From an uncultured Chloroflexia bacterium (GTDB taxonomy: Bacteria > Chloroflexota > Chloroflexia > QHBQ01 > JADMIH01), in the NCBI GenBank assembly GCA_963797095.1, contig CAWCNY010000003.1, forward strand, positions 1,056,001 to 1,120,000: a DNA stretch of 64,000 nucleotides, in the 5' to 3' direction. Position numbers and translations under genes: made by a program. This document shows, in pieces, positions 58,074 to 64,000 of this stretch (its first letter is position 1; every line of letters starts with the position of its first letter). The notes beneath the pieces are model-generated. The model worked only from the letters and a program-made list of their open reading frames with translations, searched no databases and had not been told where the DNA came from.

Positions 58074-59936
58074 TTATGGTATCGGGCAGTTGGGGAAGAA
58101 CGTATTCGAGATGAACTTGGCAGTCTGCCCTCTGCTCACTGCGTTGCCGGGCAGGAAGCAGGGCACCCCACCTGTGCAAGGCGGATTCGTGCTGTAGCCG
58201 TTCACCACCCCGTGCAAATATACCCTCTCTATATAGATCCAGAATGGGCTGCCGTATGGCACATCGGTAAAGGTGTGCTGTGAGGTGGGGATTAGCTCCT
58301 GGTAATTGGCCGCAATCGCCACGAACTTCGCGGTTTGCCCTCTTGTAACATTACTGCCCGGCAGGAAGCAGGGCGTACCTGTAGTACAGGGCGGCGATGA
58401 TGTATAACCTCCCACCACATTGTGCAGGTACACTCGCTCCACGTACAACCAGAAGGTAGAGTTGGGCGGCACATCTGTGAAGGTCTGCTGAGACGGCGGG
58501 ATAGCATCCTGGTAGTTGGCCGCGTTGGAGACGAACTTGGCCATCTGCCCCCTTGTAACATTACTGCCAGGCAAAAAGCACGGTATACCCGTAACGCATG
58601 GTGGCGATGATGTATACCCGCCTACGATCGATTGGCAGGAAAGGCATCGGACATATGAATAGAAGGTGCTGCCCTGGGGCACGTCGGTGAACTGGGTAGT
58701 GCACGAAGTACATACGTAGTGCTCAACCAGGGGTTGAGCGTGTGCCAGGCTCTCATCCTGGTAGCTGCCAACGGCCCACAGATTGTTGGGGCCAACTGCC
58801 GCTATGCTATAGAGAATATCGTTGCCAGTGCCCGGGCTGGGGCTTGTGACCACCGACCAGGCCGTGCCGTTCCAGTGCTCCACCAGTGTCCTATAGGCAG
58901 GGGGACTGCCTACACTCGCAAGGTTGCCCGTAGCCCACACGTCATTGGCTCCCACCGCCACCACACCTACAAGCCTGTTGCCGTCCGTTGCGGGGCTAGG
59001 GCTTGCTACCACCGTCCATGATGTGCCGTCCCAGTGCTCCACCAGCGTCTGTTCATAGCCGCTTGCGTTCTGATAGGTGCCCACCGCCCACGCGTTACTC
59101 GCGCTCACAGCCGACACATCGTACAGGATGTTGCTGCCCGATGGGCCGGGGCTGGGGTTGGGGCTAATCACCCGGTGCCAGGCCGTGCCATCCCAGTGGT
59201 AAATAAGAGTCACATTGCCGCTGCCTACCTCCCACATCCCGACAGCCCACACATCAGTTGGGCGCATAATCGACACCCCGTTGAGGTGGAGATTCGAGCC
59301 GAGCACTGGACTAGCCACAACGGCCCACGACGTGCCGTTCCAGAACTCGGTGAGCGTCTGGGGGTCTGTGACGTTGGTGTAGTCGCCTACCGCCCACACA
59401 TAGTCCGTCGCTGTTGCTGATACCGAGTTGAGATGGCTGCTGGGGCCTGGAGTTGGGCTTGCTACTACTGACCAGGCGGTGCCGTTCCAGTGCTCTGCCA
59501 GCGTGCGGCTGGTGCCCGATTCACTATAGTAGCCAACCGCCCAGATGTCGTTAGCTGATACTACAGCGATACTCTTCAGGGTAGACCCTGTGCCGAGGGT
59601 GGGGCTTGCGACCGTGTCCCATACCGTGCCATCCCAGTGAAGTACCAATGTCTGGTTATTGGTTTTGTAGCCTACAGCCCATACGTTGTTTGCGCTCACA
59701 ACCGCCACATCATATACCTGGCTGCTGGAGGTAAACTCAGGCGTTGTGGCCACGATCAGGCCGCACACATCATCGGGTTGGGATCGGGCATCCTGCGCAG
59801 GATCGTGTTTGACGGGCTGTTGCTTGTACGTGCTTACCTTACTCATCGAGCCAGCAAAGGCCACTTTGCTTGCGGCTCCTGCAATTGCCAGCACAGCCAA
59901 CAGCATCAAGGCATAGAGTGCAATCCTGGTTTTCAT
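58074..59936 (-). CDS. SLH-anchored beta-propeller surface protein
   Basis: Signal peptide; about seven DxWAVG...TLVEHWNGTAWSVVASP repeats; three Cys-looped SLH repeats. Confidence 0.87.
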   Translation of the reverse strand: MKTRIALYALMLLAVLAIAGAASKVAFAGSMSKVSTYKQQPVKHDPAQDARSQPDDVCGLIVATTPEFTSSSQVYDVAVVSANNVWAVGYKTNNQTLVLHWDGTVWDTVASPTLGTGSTLKSIAVVSANDIWAVGYYSESGTSRTLAEHWNGTAWSVVASPTPGPSSHLNSVSATATDYVWAVGDYTNVTDPQTLTEFWNGTSWAVVASPVLGSNLHLNGVSIMRPTDVWAVGMWEVGSGNVTLIYHWDGTAWHRVISPNPSPGPSGSNILYDVSAVSASNAWAVGTYQNASGYEQTLVEHWDGTSWTVVASPSPATDGNRLVGVVAVGANDVWATGNLASVGSPPAYRTLVEHWNGTAWSVVTSPSPGTGNDILYSIAAVGPNNLWAVGSYQDESLAHAQPLVEHYVCTSCTTQFTDVPQGSTFYSYVRCLSCQSIVGGYTSSPPCVTGIPCFLPGSNVTRGQMAKFVSNAANYQDAIPPSQQTFTDVPPNSTFWLYVERVYLHNVVGGYTSSPPCTTGTPCFLPGSNVTRGQTAKFVAIAANYQELIPTSQHTFTDVPYGSPFWIYIERVYLHGVVNGYSTNPPCTGGVPCFLPGNAVSRGQTAKFISNTFFPNCPIP

Positions 59937-59976
59937 CTGAGCTTCTCCTGTTGCTACGGAGTATTGCCAAATCGGA

Positions 59977-61146
59977 TCAATAGGTACCCATAGGGTGCCA
60001 GTTTGTGCCGTCCCACAGCGCTACGTGGTGGACAAGGATGTTGTGCACATAATCGAAGCGCCCGCCCATGTACATTCCGGCGCTGCCGGTGGCGAGCGCG
60101 TAAACCTGATCGTCCGTGCCACCTGGATCGGACCAGTACGAGCCGTTCCAACGCGACAGGAAGAACTGCTGCGGCGGCGCGCCGAAAATGCCCCCAACGT
60201 AAACCGAGCCGTTGTACATCGTCACTGCGTACACGATCACCTGGGTCGGGTAAGAGAGGTCCCAGCCAACTGCGGCCCATTTCAGACCACGTACGTTAGG
60301 AGAGTAGCTGGCGATGCTTCGCGCCGCCACGCCACCCGCGTGCTCGAAATAGCCGCCTACGTACAGCACCAGCCCGCTGTAGTGAAGAGTATTCACATAG
60401 CCATCGACATCGCCGATGGACGACCACCCGATGCCGTTCCAGAGGGCAAGGCCATTGGTGCCGGGCACCCCTGCGGCCTGTGGGAAGGTCCCGCCTACAT
60501 ACACTTTGCTGCCGCTGACGGCGATGGCGTTGACCGATCCGCCCGTGCCCGCGCCCACGCCATGCCAGGTCGAGCCGTCCCACATGGCGATGTTGGCGGC
60601 ATAATTGAGGCCAGCAACCGAGAAGTGCCCGCCCACGTACAGGTCTCCGGCGCTGTTGAACGCCAGCGCGCGTACGCTGACGTTGCTGCTGCCGCCCACG
60701 CCAAGCTGCACATCGTTCCAGGAGATACCGTTCCACCTGGCTATGTTGTTCACCGTCAAAAGGCCCGAATAGGTGAACTCACCACCGATGTAAACGTCGG
60801 TGCCATGTACGGCTATGGCGCGCACGGTGCCCGCTATGCCGCTGCCCATGCTGTGCCACTGTGAGCCGTCCCATCTGGCGATATTGTTGGCTGCTACGCC
60901 GCCTGCGTGGCTAAAGTCACCACCTATATACACATTGGTGCCGCTGACGGCGATTGCGTACACAAAGCCGTCGGTGCCTCTGTAGCCTGGGAAGGGATTG
61001 TCGGGCTTGCTGTCGGAGGATTGCGCAGGAAGTGCTGCCGCTTGGGCTATGCCTGTAACCTGATATCCAAAACCCAGGATGGGCAACAGGACCAGAACTA
61101 ATGCGGCGATGATCTTGACAATGCTGAATGTGTTCTTACCGTTCAT
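59977..61146 (-). CDS. Secreted beta-propeller repeat protein
   Basis: Signal peptide; repeats of VxAIAVxGxxVYIGGxFxxAGGxxANNIARWDGxxW. Confidence 0.85.
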   Translation of the reverse strand: MNGKNTFSIVKIIAALVLVLLPILGFGYQVTGIAQAAALPAQSSDSKPDNPFPGYRGTDGFVYAIAVSGTNVYIGGDFSHAGGVAANNIARWDGSQWHSMGSGIAGTVRAIAVHGTDVYIGGEFTYSGLLTVNNIARWNGISWNDVQLGVGGSSNVSVRALAFNSAGDLYVGGHFSVAGLNYAANIAMWDGSTWHGVGAGTGGSVNAIAVSGSKVYVGGTFPQAAGVPGTNGLALWNGIGWSSIGDVDGYVNTLHYSGLVLYVGGYFEHAGGVAARSIASYSPNVRGLKWAAVGWDLSYPTQVIVYAVTMYNGSVYVGGIFGAPPQQFFLSRWNGSYWSDPGGTDDQVYALATGSAGMYMGGRFDYVHNILVHHVALWDGTNWHPMGTY

Positions 61147-61236
61147 TTTTTCTCCTGACTATTGAGTGAGTAGGCGTTTGCTTGTAGGCCACGACTTTGT
61201 CCAGTAAGTCCACTTTATCAGGGTGCGCTTACCACG

Positions 61237-61263
61237 ATATGAGCCATTTGTCTCACTTTCCTG
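61237..61263 (-). promoter_or_regulatory. Probable LuxR-type operator, copy 2
   Basis: CAGGAAAGTGAGACAAATGGCTCATAT; 21 nt after CTCAT comes TAAAGT with TG extension. Confidence 0.65.
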
Positions 61264-61339
61264 CCCGCGATCAAATAGGTGCAAGAATGACAAATGAGTC
61301 GTGCAAAGCGCAGAATTATCTTGGCTCTCCGCCGTTTCT

Positions 61340-62268
61340 GATACTGGCGGCAAATTCAGCGACCGTTGCCTGCTAGGCTGCCTGCGCCATCAGTGAAGAA
61401 GAATGGGGCCGCCTGGTTTGGGCATGAGATCTACCCGCTAGCCATTCGGCCACCCGAACCGAGTCGATGGCTGTCGCCATTATCACATGAGCTGGATGCG
61501 TCCTTGCTAAACCAACATAAGGTGACCGTCGCATGCCACACCGTCGAACACCCTGCGATATAGTTCCTTCTATTCCCGCTCGCCAGGCATATTCCCTTGC
61601 TTACTTTGCCGTTTCCTCCTGAACCCGCCTCTGCTGGAGGGCCTGGTACCGCTCCATAGGTCGACCGCAATGCCTCTACGAGGGTACTTGGCTTGCGATT
61701 GAATACACAGTGCCTGGCTTTTGCATACGCTGCAATCCTTGAGGGAGAACCTGATATGGATTATTGGATTGCCTCGCCTGTCAATGTGCGAACTCCATTC
61801 TGAGCTTTCTTTCCCCTCAGGACATCTAGCTTTTGTCCTCTCCCAATCAAGTACAAAACGGTCACCGCCAAACGCTTGCTCATTTTGTGTCCTTTCCCCT
61901 CTCTCCGCCCTCTCCATGTTGGCTCTCGTCTTGGCTTGCCAGTGTAATGTGCGTCTGGTTGGTCCCAGCAGTTCTACCTTATAGTCCTGCTTGCTCGTCA
62001 CTAGTAGTTCGGCATCCAAGAAACCTGTGTCAACTATATGCACTCGCGGCAATAGACCTTTAGCTCTAAGACCCTCGTGTATGAGCGGAAGCTCTGCAAA
62101 ACATCTTGATAGCGGTGGGGATAAACTTGCTGCCATTAGTGGAGTGGTTTGGGGATCGTCCGATGGCTCCCACGCGTACATCGGCATTTGCGGCTTTGGC
62201 AAGCAGGCGAAGAATCATAGCTGACGCAGTAGTATCGGGCCCTTGAGCATGGGTTCGCCAGCGGTATC
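61340..62268 (-). mobile_element. Internally deleted IS1182-like element
   Basis: LLPRVHIVDTGF, LLGP, FVLDW...CPEGK; C-terminal YVGLARTH..H...A; imperfect ends GATACTGGCGGCAAATTC and GATACCGCTGGCGAACCC. Confidence 0.65.
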
Positions 62269-62277
62269 ACTACAGGA

Positions 62278-62304
62278 CAGAAAAGTGAGACAAATGGCTC
62301 ATAT
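62278..62304 (+). promoter_or_regulatory. Probable LuxR-type operator, copy 3
   Basis: CAGAAAAGTGAGACAAATGGCTCATAT (26/27 identical to copy 2); 21 nt after CTCAT comes TAAATA with TG extension. Confidence 0.65.
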
Positions 62305-62427
62305 GCTCTTGTGCCGCAAGTGCTAAATATGAGATGAGGATAGTCAATCAACAATTCGCCTAGGCCCGGTGCAAAGACCTAGTAGCTGACCGCCGCAATC
62401 TTGGCAAGAGGCCAAAAGGAGAATCCA

Positions 62428-64000
62428 ATGAACCCAATTCGACAGTTCCCACGCCCCTTCTTCCTTGCCATGGCACTCCTAATCGCCCTGTTGGCGCTCA
62501 CCCCAAACGCGGCGCTGGCGCGCTCGGCCCGGCCCGCTGCCTTCCCGGTTGCCAGCACTGCAGGCCTGGCCGGGGCGCTCAACTCAGACGGCACCCTGCG
62601 CGCCGATCTGCACGGCAGCTTCGCCACCCAGGGCTACACAATACAGATCGGAGCCGACGGCACGCCCACCTTCAAGCCCCCTGCTACCCCTGCGATTGGC
62701 GATGGTGCAAGGGCCAAAAGCCCCATCGATCCGCCCACCAATACCTCTGGCTCCTATCGTTGGGACAGCAACTTCGGCCTGCGTGGCACCAACGGCTTCG
62801 TCCGCGCCCTGGCCGTCAGCGGCAGCAGTGTCTACATAGGCGGCTACTTCAGCGTGGCCGGGACGGTGGAGGCCAGCAATATAGTTCGCTGGGACGGGGG
62901 CAGCAGTTGGGCGGCGCTGGGCAGTGGAGTAAATGACACCGTCATCGCCCTGACGCTGATAGGCAGCGATCTGTATGTGGGCGGCGACTTCACCTACGCT
63001 GGCGGCGTCAGCGCCAACCATATCGCCAAATGGAACGGCAGCAGTTGGGCGGCGCTGGGTAGTGGGGTGAACGATACGGTGCACGCCCTAGCTGCCAATG
63101 GCAACACCCTCTATGTGGGAGGCGACTTCACCAACGCAAGTGGCCTGCCCGCTGGGCGGGTGGCCCGTTGGGAGGGCGGTTCCTGGACCGCGCTGGGCAG
63201 CGGCATGGACAACACGGTCAACACTCTGCTGCTGGCGGGCGGCATCCTTTACGCTGGCGGCGAGTTCGCCAATGCCGATAGCCTCCCGGCAGCCCACCTG
63301 GCGCTATGGACCGGGGTAGCCTGGAGGGCTCTTGTTGGCGGAGGCACGGACGGTCCGGTCTATGCCCTGGCCCAGATTGGCAGCAACCTCTATGTCGGCG
63401 GTGCTTTTACTCAAACTGGAGGCCACACCACCCCCAACCTGGCCGTTTATACCCTCGCCAGTGGCTGGACTCCCTACAGCTACTATGTGAGCAGCACCGT
63501 CTATGCGCTTGCAGTCAACGGTACCGACCTCTATTTCGGCGGTAACTTCACCTACATCCAGTTGCAAACCCGCAACCGCATCGCCCGCCTAGATACCGTC
63601 GCCAACACTATCTCGGCGCTGGGCAACGGTATGAATGACGACGTAAGGACTATCGCCCTCAGCGGGGGTATGATGCTAGTCGGCGGTGTCTTCACCAGTG
63701 CCGCTACAGTGGTCACGCCCCACCTGGCCCAATGGACCGGCAGCACCTGGCTCGCGCTGACCACCAGCCAGGGCGTGCAGAGTGCAGGCGAGGTTAGGGT
63801 TGTGACCATACAAGGAAGTGATGTCTACATTGGCGGACAGTTCAGTCAGGTAGGCGGAGTGGCGGCCAACAATATCGCCCGTTGGGACGGCAGCGCCTGG
63901 CACGCACTGGGCAGCGGCACCGACGACACAGTGAACGCTCTGGTGGTCTCCAGCGGTAACGGCCTCTACGTAGGTGGCAACTTCACCCGCGCGGGAGGGG
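62428..64000 (+). CDS. Secreted beta-propeller repeat protein, runs off window end (absent from ORF track)
   Basis: AAGGAG RBS; MNPIRQFPRPFFLAMALLIALLAL signal peptide; no stop seen in frame; repeated LYVGGxF...NIARWDGxxWxALGSG units. Confidence 0.88.
   Translation, partial: MNPIRQFPRPFFLAMALLIALLALTPNAALARSARPAAFPVASTAGLAGALNSDGTLRADLHGSFATQGYTIQIGADGTPTFKPPATPAIGDGARAKSPIDPPTNTSGSYRWDSNFGLRGTNGFVRALAVSGSSVYIGGYFSVAGTVEASNIVRWDGGSSWAALGSGVNDTVIALTLIGSDLYVGGDFTYAGGVSANHIAKWNGSSWAALGSGVNDTVHALAANGNTLYVGGDFTNASGLPAGRVARWEGGSWTALGSGMDNTVNTLLLAGGILYAGGEFANADSLPAAHLALWTGVAWRALVGGGTDGPVYALAQIGSNLYVGGAFTQTGGHTTPNLAVYTLASGWTPYSYYVSSTVYALAVNGTDLYFGGNFTYIQLQTRNRIARLDTVANTISALGNGMNDDVRTIALSGGMMLVGGVFTSAATVVTPHLAQWTGSTWLALTTSQGVQSAGEVRVVTIQGSDVYIGGQFSQVGGVAANNIARWDGSAWHALGSGTDDTVNALVVSSGNGLYVGGNFTRAGG

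Noticed and set aside
61237-62304. 27-bp inverted repeats as invertible-switch or transposon ends
   Set aside because: A third copy at 54485 and the fixed 21-nt spacing to -10 boxes fit operators better; the IS remnant has its own inner ends

Overview
GC-rich bacterial chromosomal window. It most likely comes from a Chloroflexota genome; this is inferred from Cys-looped SLH surface proteins, heptamer tandem repeats and leaderless promoters. From 1 to 22.8 kb it is core-like: an ABC ATPase end, a TMEM175 K+ channel, a surface glycosylation locus (GT4, two O-antigen-ligase-like proteins, GT2, GT-C, Thr/Pro-rich and SLH proteins), a DUF72 pseudogene, an RclA-like flavoprotein, a psuG-pfkB pseudouridine cluster, FTCD and Bcp. 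From about 22.9 kb it is accessory and mosaic. (i) An elaborate potassium island: kdpFABC, two extra small membrane peptides, split KdpD, a second KdpD-type kinase, KdpE, a cytidylate-kinase-like protein, three stand-alone receivers and a KimA-like transporter. Near-identical KdpE-box promoters drive both the kdp and kimA operons. (ii) A GH44 lipoprotein. (iii) A PDZ sensor kinase/NarL pair with an apparently catalytically dead S41 lipoprotein and an intact IS66. (iv) Integrase and IS debris plus a ParE-type toxin-antitoxin pair. (v) A STAND-LuxR regulator whose probable operator precedes three transcription units, including beta-propeller surface proteins. A promoter-bound structured leader RNA with competing helices lies at about 4.66-4.74 kb. 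No tRNA, rRNA or CRISPR array was seen. Family calls come from motif recognition by eye, not database searches.
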